Positions 54,329 through 64,000 of a stretch of 64,000 nucleotides of DNA are shown here, piece by piece. Made by a program: the position numbers and the translations under genes. Numbering within the stretch: position 1 is the stretch's first letter; each line of letters begins with the position of its first letter. Source of the stretch: Hyaloraphidium curvatum SAG 235-1 (Eukaryota; Fungi; Monoblepharomycota); the NCBI GenBank assembly GCA_025558095.1, contig JAIVFI010000046.1, forward strand, positions 1 to 64,000, read 5' to 3'. The notes below the pieces were generated by a model. The model saw nothing but the letters and a program-made list of their open reading frames with translations. It searched no databases and was not told the DNA's origin.

Positions 54329-57096
54329 ATGGCGCCGAGCGCCGCCCGCATCGCGGTTGCGGCGGCTTTTGCGGGTCTCCTCCTTGTCACTTTCGCGGGA
54401 CCGGCGGCGGGGCAGGAGCGCAACGTGACGCTGGACCCCCTCTCGCGGGGGTCCCCGCTCTGTGCGCCCTCCCTAGGGCGAATCGACAGCTGGCTGGTGT
54501 GGTCGCTCCCGTGCACTTCGGCGTCGTCGAACGGGGCGCCGCTGCAGATCTGGTGCTGGCGGGGAGGTTATAGGATGTGCCTGGCGCCGCGGAACGCGAA
54601 CGACCAGTGCGTGTGGCGGGACGCCTTCAGCGGGCCGGCAAGGAGGAAGGCGGCAAGGGGGTTGCCCTTGGCGGATGACGGCGGGCTGGAATTTCTGCCC
54701 GCCGAGGATGGGGAGGGCTGGGAGGCGTCGCCGGACGCCCCTCCGGCCCGCCTGCTGGAACGGCAGGCGCCGCTCACCTGGCCCGAGTTGAGAGGCACCT
54801 CCTGCCCACCCGGTGCCGCCCGTGCCTCGGACCGCCTGCTCGCCACGATCGACTGGACGAAGCGGGTCGCGGGGCTGAACGGCACCTGCGGGGCGTCGTG
54901 GGGCGCCGCGCTGTTCCCCAACGTGTACAGCCCCTGCGACACCAGGTGGGACATCTTCTGCAGCCGGGCCGGCAAGCTGTCGGTGCGCGCCCTGAGGCGG
55001 CCGGCATCGCAGTGCCGCAGCACCACCGCTAGGCGGCGGACGACTACGCGGCGGGGCACCTCCGTCGCCCCGGCCACGGCCACGACGGCGGCCCCGGCCA
55101 CCACCGGGCTCCCCGCCGAACCCACCGTCGGCCCCGGAGGCACCTGCACGCCGGCCAAGTCCCTTGTGGATAACAAGCTGCAGTACGCCCTGGGCCAGTC
55201 GTGCGACCCGGCCGACCCGTACCGCTGGACCAATGAGTCCTTCTGCCTCTCCACCACCCGCCGTATCCTCTGCAACCCATCGACGGGCAACAAGATCCAG
55301 GCGCTGCCCTGCCCCGCCGCGACGCCGTTCTGCCGCTGGGGCCCTCCGGACCGCGACAACCGCAACATGCCCATCTTCTCCACGGACTGTGTCGCCGACG
55401 CTTCCCTCGCCTGCTCCAGCTACTCCAAACCGCCACCGGGCACCTGCTCCCCCGACCAATCTTCCAAGCTGCTGCAGGACTGCGAGCTCCGCACGGCCCC
55501 CGAGTACTGCATCTCGCCGCGCTCCATCCTGCTCTGCGACTGGGACGGCAAGTACCGCTTCTCCTCGTGTGGGGACACATTTTCCGACGAGGTCACGAGC
55601 GTGTGCTACAACTTCCAATTCGACGGGAACGAGACCTTCACCCGGGACATCTGCACCTTTGTCGGCAAGACCTACACCGCGTGCTCCATGAACAGGGACT
55701 GGTCGACCTGCCCGCTGTCGGGCGCGGGCAGGGTCTCCCGCCGGGGCGCGGGCGGCGGCACCGCAGAGACGATCCCGGCCGGCCTCGCGGGGATGGACTC
55801 CGCCGCCGCGGAGAGTTTCATGGCCTCGGAATTCCCGCCCGCCTTCCGCGCCTCCCTGGGCCCGCAGAGCGACTTCCCCCCCGCCGGCCTCCCCGCGCGC
55901 GCCCTGCTGCCTCGGCAGGAGACCAAAAGGATCGACGTGTCGGGAAGGTGGCGGAGCACCGTCCCGGGCTTCGTGCACGTGCTGACGCAATCGGCGACGG
56001 GGTACGTCACGTCGCGGCTGAAGGACCCGTGGAGCTGCACGGTGGACGGGTGGAAGAGGGGGGCGGTTGCTGGCGGCATTCTGGCTGAGGTCATATGGTG
56101 GGTAGCGTTCCGGAGCGCCGCTTCGTTGATCTCATATCCGACGTTCGGCGCAGGTTTGGACAGATGGACGCCGTCCCGCTCGCCAGTGGCGACCTCCCCA
56201 TCCGCGGCACGCACAACTGGTGCCTGGTCATCACCGACGACCATACCGGCAAGAAGGAGAAGCGCCTGATCCCCGCGGCCTTCGTCGCCGTGCTCGACGG
56301 CGCCACCAGGCGCTTCATCGACGGCCTCTCGCAGAACCCCGAGACGAAGCAGTGGTTCCCCACCGTCAAGATCGGGAGGTGGTGCGCGCCGGGGACGAGG
56401 CTGTCAGGGATGGCGTGGGCGCAGGAATTTCCGGCGAGCAGGAACACGGCCGACCTGGAGGAGCCTTTCAAAGGCGGTGCGGAGAGGTTCATCGGGGCCA
56501 TGGGGAGGGCAGGGGTCACCGTGCGGGTGATCAACACGTACCGGCCGCCGCAGAAGAGCTATTTGATGCGGTTCTCGTGGATGATCGCAAACGGTGTGTG
56601 CCCGGGCGTGCTGCCGAGCACAGGCCGCGCTGACGTCCGCGCAGGACATATGCAGGTCGAGGACGTGCCCGAGTACGTGCTCCCCCCCACCGTCAAGGAC
56701 ACCCCCCAGAACAACCTCCCCGTGGAAATCTGCTGGGTCCACACCAACGGCCCCTCCCCCGACGGCTCCTCCGGAGTCGACCGCGCCACTTCCGTCCGGG
56801 CGGCCACCGAGCTCCTTCAGGCCATGGGCGTCGACCCCGGCCTGCGGGACGCCCCCGGGCTCCCCTCGATCCACAACCGGGGCCACGCGATCGACATGAC
56901 CACGACGTGGACGTCGGCCGACATCGCGATCGACCTCGCGGCGCCGGACGCGAGGGGGAGGAGGAACAGGACGATCGCGAGCGCGCCGAAGAACGGGATG
57001 AACGCGGACTTGTGGGCCGTGGGGGCGGGGTACGGGGTGCAGCACTACTTCGGCGGGCTGAGGGACAAGAACCACTGGTCCATCAACGGGCGATGA
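54329..57096 (+). CDS. Secreted Cys-rich modular protein ending in an M15-like (VanY/LAS) Zn peptidase domain; introns 56098-56153 and 56595-56645
   Basis: Signal peptide; Cys modules; spliced EVIW|FGQM; TYRPP, SIHNRGHAID (SxHxxGxAxD), DKNHWS. Confidence 0.75.
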
Positions 57097-57477
57097 TGGA
57101 CCGCCGCGCGTGTTGGCCGCGCGTCGTGCACGGGGTCTTGCGGGAGCGGTGCGATGGCCGCCGTGGACATGGGGGGCGATTTCTCGGTCTCGATTGGCGC
57201 TTTCGATGGTCTGCGGCGGCGCTGCTATAGGACGTGAATCCGAGCCCAATCTGAACGCGGCGGCGGAACCCTCTCCGTAAGGCGGTTTTGGACCAGAAAA
57301 GAGCATGATGTGCGGTGTCGTTTGCGCTGCGCGCGATGCATTCGGGCGACTGGCCCACAAGATGGTCCCCGCGAAGTACAAGAAAGCGAGTACCTGCTCG
57401 CTGCCATGACAACTGTGCCGATGAGATGAGTGCCCAAAGAGTCACAGCCGAGCCACTGCGGTCGGCCGGAAGTCGAG

Positions 57478-58182
57478 TCACGCCACGACGCCCACGGGGG
57501 GCAGCCCCCTCCCGTCCATCGCCTCCCCCCCGCGCCTCCCCTTGCCCCTGAGCTGCGCCCTGTCCGCCGCCCCGCCGACCACCGTCCATCCGCCCAGCCA
57601 GCGCGCGAACCCGCCCGGCCACACGGCCTCGAGCACGACGACGTCCTCTGCGACCTGGCGCAGCCGCAGCTCCGCGCCCTTGGGCGGGACCACCGCGAAT
57701 GCCGAGCCGTCGGGGCCGACCAGCTCCACGGCACCGGCTGGGAGCGGGCCCCCTTGCGGGCCGCGGGGCAGCACGGTCCCCGCGCCCGAGTCCCGCGTGC
57801 CGAGGTCGGCCACCTCGTCCGAAGACTTCCACGCCAGCGGCTCGCCGAGCAGCCGCCAGCGGACTGCGTGCAGCGCCTTGAGCTCCTCGAAGAAGGCGTC
57901 GGCGGCGGCGGGCGCTGCGGGGTTGCCGACCGCCGCCAGGGCCGCCTGCGCCGCGCGCGCCTGCTGGTTCCGCGCCAGCCGCTTGGGAGCGTCGTTGTCC
58001 GGCAGCCCGAGCACGCCGTGCGCGAATTTGACCCGCGCAAGGGCCGCCTCGGCCGCGTCGCCGGCCGCCCTCAGCTCGCCGACGGTGTACTCCGCGAAGA
58101 AGCCGGGGACGCCGGCCGGCTCGCCCCCCAGCCAAACACGAGCCGCATCGCTCGCAGGGAGAGGGCGCGGGGCGTCGTGCAT
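57478..58182 (-). CDS. Hypothetical protein, about 234 aa
   Basis: ORF with protein-like composition and GC3 bias; no motif recognised. Confidence 0.5.
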   Translation of the reverse strand: MHDAPRPLPASDAARVWLGGEPAGVPGFFAEYTVGELRAAGDAAEAALARVKFAHGVLGLPDNDAPKRLARNQQARAAQAALAAVGNPAAPAAADAFFEELKALHAVRWRLLGEPLAWKSSDEVADLGTRDSGAGTVLPRGPQGGPLPAGAVELVGPDGSAFAVVPPKGAELRLRQVAEDVVVLEAVWPGGFARWLGGWTVVGGAADRAQLRGKGRRGGEAMDGRGLPPVGVVA

Positions 58183-59078
58183 GTCGATTTGCTGCGTTCT
58201 GCGTTCCGCAAGGAGAGTGAGAGTGTTGGAAGTTCTGCTTTGCGCCGCGTGAGTCAACTGCCGCAACCCGCGATCCGGTGCCGATCGGAGCACCGCCCGC
58301 TGAATCACACCGGGTCCGCACCTTTTGTCGCCAGGGCGCCGAATCCGCGATGCAACGCGCCCATCCACACTCGGCCCCTGTTTTTGGACCGTCGATGCGT
58401 CCGCCCTGCGGTTCCTGGCCGCGATTCGTCCCGCAGCGTTTGAGGATTCACCTCCTCGGTCGGTGCTTGGGGCCCAGATGCCGACCGACCAGTTCGGCCT
58501 CGGCCGACCGCCCTCCACGCGGATGCATCCCCCCGCCATTGTTAGCAAATGCTTCCGCGGTGCTTCGGGGCAGCAATGGCACTGTGGCGGCGGGGATGGA
58601 AGGGGAAGCTGCTTGGGACTGGTGGCAAAGAGAACTGGCCGGTGATTCATAAAGCGCGCAGCGCCGCACCGGCGCGGCGCAGCAGCTAGAGCCGTGCCTC
58701 GTCCGTTCCAGACCGCCGCGTACGACCCCACGTCCATCGTACCGTCCTCATCCCGGTCCCTTCGGCCCAGTTTCGGCCCAGTGGCTCATCCGCACCGGGC
58801 GCCGCCCGTAATTCCCCCTCGCCCTCCTTCCCCCATCATGAACCACGCGCGCATCACGTGACCGGGGCCGTGTCCGAAGGCGGTTCGGTTATCTACCAGA
58901 TTGAACCCCGATCGCCGCTCACTTGACACGGTTCTTTTGGAGGGGACGCCGTCCGAGGCCTGAAGCTGAGGACCGGACCCCATGCGTCCATGCAAGGGCA
59001 AGAAATTTCGATTCCGCCGTCCGTCGCACCCCTGCGTCTTGTCTCTTGCCTCCGCCTGGTACTGTCGGGTCCGAAGCC

Positions 59079-60027
59079 TCACGTTCCCTCCTTGGGCATG
59101 CAAGCCCCCTTGTGCCTCGCCCAATCCTTCCGCTGGCACTCGGCCGAGCAGTACCTCGCGGATCTGCACCTCCCGCACCGCTGCATGCCCTTGGTTCTTT
59201 CTGTCGAGGTCGACGGGCACGCGGTGCAGAAGCTACCCTCCGCGACGCCGTCGGGGTCGCCGCCGGCGCGCGTCCCGGCCTCGGAGGCGGCATTCTTGCG
59301 GCACGCGGAACCATCGCAGTGCGGGAAAGATGTCGGCGCGCCAGTTGACCGCCGGGAAGCCGGACGCCTCCGGGCCCGCCGCATCGAAGCCCACGAAGAA
59401 GGCGCTGCTGACCGCCCCGCAGCGCGCGCAGAGCCATTTCCGTCGCTCTCCCGAGAGCGTGGTGCGGAGGAGGAAGGCCCGGGCGACGATCGCGGCCTTG
59501 ACAGCCGCCGTTTCCGACACCTCCGCCCAGCCCCCCCGGCCGATCTCGTGCCGCTCATCGTCCACGACGCCAGGGGGAGACCACAGCGAGAGCCCGACAC
59601 ACTCGCTCATGGCCGTTCTGAGCTTGGCCTGCATCGCCTCCGCGGTCGACGGCAGCCCCATGAAAGCCTTGAGCTTCGAGACCGCGTCGGCATACTCCCC
59701 GCGCCGGCAGACGGGCAGGCAAGTGAGCACCGCCGCGGGCGGCCAGCTCCCGGGCAGGGCGGCGCTCCCGGCGACGGAATCAACCGTGGCGGCCCGCCCG
59801 CCGCAGTAGGCGCACTTCCAGGCCCGCGAGTCGACGGCCGCGGCCTTCCATCCCGCCACGGCCGGGAAGTCGCTCAGGAAGGTGCCGGCCCGCACGGCGC
59901 GAGACATGGCGTCGGGGGAGAACGCGAAGCCGCGCTTGAACCTCGTCGGGTCGCACCCTGCCTGCTGGACGATCATTGTTATGAGGTAGTCGGGCGCGGT
60001 CGGCGACGTGTCGCCCGGCGCTTCCAT
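59079..60027 (-). CDS. MYND zinc-finger protein with a 1-nt frameshift near 59325 (pseudogene or sequence error)
   Basis: CTAC..RCGRCRSARYCSAECQRKDWARHKGAC; two upstream CxxC..P.C repeats. Confidence 0.75.
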
Positions 60028-60353
60028 GGTCCCCGCCGGCTCGGACGTTCAGAGGCGGGTGAGCGATGCGGTCATCTTCGAGGCCCAGCCTCCGCGAGTT
60101 GACCAGGGGTTTGGGGGTCGGCGCTCGCCGGGCATGTCAGGCCGCGTCTGAGAGGTCGATCTGGCCGCCGCCGCGTGCACGCCATGGCCGCCGCCGCGAA
60201 GCAGGCTGGGATCACACCCGCTTCCTGGCTACTTGGGGACGGGGCTCGGCGAGCAGGACGGACGGAAGCCGGGGGCCTTGGCGGCACGCGGAAACACCGC
60301 ATCATACCCACTTCGTGGCTATTGTCGGTCCCATCGCCCTTCCTGGGCACCGC

Positions 60354-61445
60354 CTAGACGACCCCGCCGTCAGCGATTCCCACGCCCCACCGGCACAGCC
60401 TCTTCCACATCGCAACCTCGGCCGCGTCCTCGTCCCTCCCCGACAGCCGCAGATCCGACACGCGGATCTCGCTGGACTTGCGCCTCAGCATGGCTTCGAA
60501 GCCCGCGAGCCGGTCCGTCGCCAACGATGCCCGGAAGGAGTACAGGGCAAGTACCCCGCAGGGCGGGAGGTCGCATTCGGCGAGGGAGGCCGTGGTCCAG
60601 TCCGAAAGCTCGAACCTGCCGAGGCCCTGCAGGCAGGACAGGGAGCCAGGAACGCTGACCGGTCCATCGGGGACAGGGAAGTCGATCCCGATGGTCTCGG
60701 GGCGGAAGCACGGGAGGCGAAACAGCCGCTCTGCGTGCGTGAGCTCGTCCGCGGGGAGTTCGAAGTGCTTGAGCGCCGACCAGACGTGACTCAGGGGCAG
60801 CAGGGGCTCAAAAGATTCCTTTGAAGTGCCCCATGTATCGAATTCGAAAGTTTCGAGGCGTTTGAGAGGTTCGAGAGCCGCCGCGAAAGCAGCGGGATCG
60901 GCGGGGAACCGAGCGAAGAAGAGGCTGACGTGCTTGATTCCCGCGGGCAGGTCAATGCGAGGGCTGCGGTTGGCAGATTTGGAACCATAATGGACGTGGA
61001 GGTATTCCAGGTTCTTGAGCCCCGGAATCAGCTCGAACAGCAGGTCGTCCGGATCCGCTCCCCCGGCCACCTCCAGCTCCAGGCTGCGCAGGTTCCCAAA
61101 GAAGGCAAGGCACGTCACAATCCGAGAAACATTATCGACTCCTCCGTAGAGGTAAAGCTCCCTGACGAAGCCGGCGTTGGTGCGGGCCCCCGCGAAGAAA
61201 GACGGGACCGTGACCTCCTCGTTGTAGAGCCGCGTGTAGACGACGGCCAGAGCAAGGTCCCGCATCGTCCGCGAAACCAAAGCACAGTTGACGAGGGTCC
61301 TGTTCCGCCCCCACAAGAAACGGAAGATCTTGCCCCAAAGCTCGGGCGGCAATGTGGGCCCGGCGTCCGCTGCCCCGTTCGCGGCCCGCCCAGCAGCCAG
61401 GGACGCGTCCACGGGTCTCGATGACGCGTCTTCGTCGCGGCTCAT
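60354..61445 (-). CDS. F-box/LRR-like protein
   Basis: LPPELWGKIFRFL..LVNCALVSRTMRDLA, followed by NLRSLEL and NLEYLHV repeats. Confidence 0.8.
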   Translation of the reverse strand: MSRDEDASSRPVDASLAAGRAANGAADAGPTLPPELWGKIFRFLWGRNRTLVNCALVSRTMRDLALAVVYTRLYNEEVTVPSFFAGARTNAGFVRELYLYGGVDNVSRIVTCLAFFGNLRSLELEVAGGADPDDLLFELIPGLKNLEYLHVHYGSKSANRSPRIDLPAGIKHVSLFFARFPADPAAFAAALEPLKRLETFEFDTWGTSKESFEPLLPLSHVWSALKHFELPADELTHAERLFRLPCFRPETIGIDFPVPDGPVSVPGSLSCLQGLGRFELSDWTTASLAECDLPPCGVLALYSFRASLATDRLAGFEAMLRRKSSEIRVSDLRLSGRDEDAAEVAMWKRLCRWGVGIADGGVV

Positions 61446-61774
61446 TGCGTTCACGGCGACGATGAGGCAGGGAGAGGGCGTTCGGCGCCGATTTCGGGCT
61501 CGTTGCTTTCGAAGTCGCGTCGATGTGCGGACCAACTTGGTTGCCTTCGTTGCCTTTCTATCAAGCTCGATCTCGTGCAGGATTTCAGTGTGGAACAATA
61601 CCTCACTTCCGGGTCGTCGCCCTCGCGGCCTCCCTCCACGTTTTTCCGGGCAGCTCGTGACCGTTGTCCGTCGTGACCTCCAGCCCAACGGCTGCCAGCA
61701 GGACTGCGAAGTCGTTCACTGTCCAAAGTCGTCCCCGACCGACTCGATTCACGCACGGACGCTACATTGCGTGT

Positions 61775-62874
61775 CTACAAGCTCGCCTTGGAATCGTCCT
61801 TGTGACGGTCCGGAGGGCCGTACGTGGCCTCGAGCCGCGCCTTGACGTAGTCTCCGGCCAGGATAGGGCTGTACTTGGCCGGTCGGTCCTTCGATACGCA
61901 CGTGGGGAGCACATCCAGCATCACCTGCGGGGAAACGATGAGCAACGCGGCTCCAGCGGGCTTTGCCGGGGTCCACCCACGTCGTAGTCGACGCCGACGA
62001 AGCAGGGGATGGAAAAGCGCCTCGCCCCGGAGCGGTTGATCGCGCGGTGCACCGTCGAGAGGAACAGATCGTTGCTCCACCTTGCCAACGAGTCGCCGAT
62101 GTTCAGTACGAAGCAGCCGGGCGTGGGAGGGGCGTCGACCCATTTCCCGTCCTGGTTCAGCACCTGCAGGGCCGGCACTTCGTCCTGGCGGAGGATCGTG
62201 AAGCATTCGTAGTCCGTGTGCGCGCCGATCCCGATGACGCGGTCGTCGATGACGCCGGTCTGGGGCGGGTAGTGCAGCAGCCTCGCAATGCTGCCGACCT
62301 TGGTCGTCTTGTCATCGAAGAAATCCTCGTTCAAGTCGAGCGCGAGCGCGAAAAGCCTGAAGAGGACCTTGCCGAGCTTCATCATCTCGGAAAAGTACTC
62401 GTTCACGGCCTCCCGGAACCCGGGCAGCGCGTCCCGAGGGGGCCAGTTGTTCCCCGCAGCGAGGCCCGGGCCGCCGCCGGCGCCGGCGACTGCCTCCGCG
62501 CCGAAATCAAACGCCTCGTGGAGGTCCCCGCGGTTCTCGGGGTTGGTGTTCTCGCCCAGCAAGGGGGTGTACCCCTTGAAGTTGGCGCTCTTGTTGATGT
62601 CGAGCAACATCTTGAAGTCCTCGGGCATGTCGAAGAAGCGGTGGGCCTGGTCAAAGGCCGCCTGTACCACGCACTCCGGGACGCCCGTGTTGCTGATCTG
62701 CAGGAATCCCACGTTCATGGCCACGTCCCGCAGCCGCCGGGCCAGGGCCTTGCGGTCCTCGATGTTGGGAGACCGCGCCGGCCCGAGGTCCAGCACGGGG
62801 ATCTCGGTGAAGGCCGCGGCATGGAGCGACGAGTCGGCGAATCGCAGTCCGTTTCCCGTGACGACGGCGGCCAT
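61775..62874 (-). CDS. 2-oxoglutarate/Fe(II) dioxygenase (IPNS family); one intron ~61925-61980
   Basis: IPVLDL, GFLQISN, RLLHYPP, AHTDYE (HxD), NIGD, STVHR, RFS. Confidence 0.92.
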
Positions 62875-63004
62875 TGCCTCGGCCGACGGGATTGAAACGC
62901 GGAATGAAAACGGTTATCTCGCGGCGCCACCGCCCGCGTGAATCTTCTGATCGGTCGATCCCCCGAACCACCAACAACCACGAACACACCGGCACTTCTC
63001 CGAC

Positions 63005-63520
63005 ATGGCGACCTCCGAGGACCTGGAGTTCATGAAGGCCGCCGTCGCGGCGGCGCGGGAGGGCGAATCGCAGGGCGGCGTGCCGATTGGAGCCTGTCTG
63101 GTGGTCGACGGCAAAGTCCTCGGAACGGGCTACAACAAGCGCGTGCAGCAGAACTCTGCGATGTGGGAACCCCTCCTTCTCCCCGACATTCGAGTCAACT
63201 GACTCTCGATTGCCAGCCGCCACGGGGAGACCGACTGCCTGGAGAACATCGGCCGTCTTCCGGCCGCGACTTACAAGAAGGCGACCATGTACACCACGCT
63301 CTCGCCCTGCGACATGTGCACCGGCGCCATCCTTCTCTACGGCATCCCGCGCGTCGTCATGGGGGAGAACGCGACGTTCTACGGCGGCGAGGACCTGCTG
63401 CGGGCGCGCGGGGTCGAGGTGATCAACCTCGACCTTGCCGAGTGCAGAGACATGATGAAAAAGTTCCTCACGGAGAAGCCGGGGGTCTGGAGAGAGGACA
63501 TTGGCGTAGAGGACAAGTGA
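63005..63520 (+). CDS. FCY1: Cytosine deaminase; intron 63163-63216
   Basis: GGVPIGA, spliced HGETDCLEN, TLSPCDMCTGAI, GEN. Confidence 0.92.
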
Positions 63521-63820
63521 AGGGGTAGTGTACTTTGGTGGAAGCGTCCCGCGCAAGGGCATCGAAGAGTTCTGGAGGTGGCGCGCCACCCGCCGGCTAT
63601 CGCGGATCCAAACCCGCCGATCAGCATCCACGGTGAAATAGTCAAATTAGTCCGCGTGTTGCGGGTGTGAGATAGCGGTCGGATTCGGTGGGATCAACGA
63701 GGGTAGGGGGAGGGCCCGCAAGGTTTTTGCGGTGGCGGGGCAGCAGCGGCGGCGGCGGCGGCGGCGCCGGCGGCGGCAACTCAACGACAGATAACGAACC
63801 AACTCGCCCGGCCCCCCGCA

Positions 63821-64000
63821 ATGGACAGCGCCGACGCCAAGGAGAACGCCCTCGGGCCCGAAACGCACTCCAAGGAGGACGCGCCCTCTGCGATGGAGTC
63901 ACAGGTACGCCTCGCCGAGGCCCGAAACCCGCTATCGCGCTCACTGATCCCCCGGGCCCGCGCACCAGGTTCCCCTCAACGACGGTGCCGAGAAGCTCCC
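63821..64000 (+). CDS. 5' part of a gene running off the window (intron ~63905-63968)
   Basis: ATG ORF MDSADAKENALG, then GTACGC..CTGAT..CCAG and an open frame to the window edge. Confidence 0.5.
   Translation, partial: MDSADAKENALGPETHSKEDAPSAMESQVRLAEARNPLSRSLIPRARAPGSPQRRCREAP

Noticed and set aside
63745-63778. (GGC)n tract
   Set aside because: Short microsatellite upstream of a gene, unremarkable at this GC level
1-64000. Prokaryotic origin, CRISPR array, prophage, rRNA/tRNA or autonomous transposon
   Set aside because: Spliceosomal introns throughout; no repeat-spacer array, structural RNA, transposase, integrase or reverse transcriptase motif seen

Overview
This is eukaryotic, very GC-rich, gene-dense DNA. 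It has short spliceosomal introns (about 50-80 nt, GT..CTGAC/CTGAT..YAG) and fungal-type genes (FCY1, AFG1, DCAF4, GT34, MYND, F-box). An early-diverging fungus such as a monoblepharid or chytrid relative is my inference, not something the sequence proves. The window is a duplication-rich accessory region. (1) A tandem array of atypical CAMK-like kinases, all with DFD instead of DFG and no alphaC glutamate: 5 copies plus a relic at 37-8714 and a dispersed copy at 38768. (2) Two inverted, partly decayed genes for a mitochondrially targeted single-domain RNase III with a long dsRBD-like tail, bracketing AFG1 and DCAF4. (3) An inverted duplicate of a head-to-head pair: an SDR and a GRDP/DUF1399-like His-rich domain fused to about 15 [A/G]-x-C Cys repeats. 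This is my best candidate for an undescribed system, a possible self-modifying multi-core peptide (RiPP-like) precursor. (4) Several bacterial-looking enzymes: GlsA glutaminase, NAD-epimerase, epoxide hydrolase, and an M15-like peptidoglycan peptidase fused into a secreted Cys-rich polyprotein. (5) A broken ABCG transporter fused in frame to a 7TM (gustatory-receptor-like?) membrane protein. (6) A head-to-head cytosine deaminase / 2OG-dioxygenase pair. I found no rRNA, tRNA, CRISPR array or transposase. Exon boundaries were read by eye and are approximate where stated.
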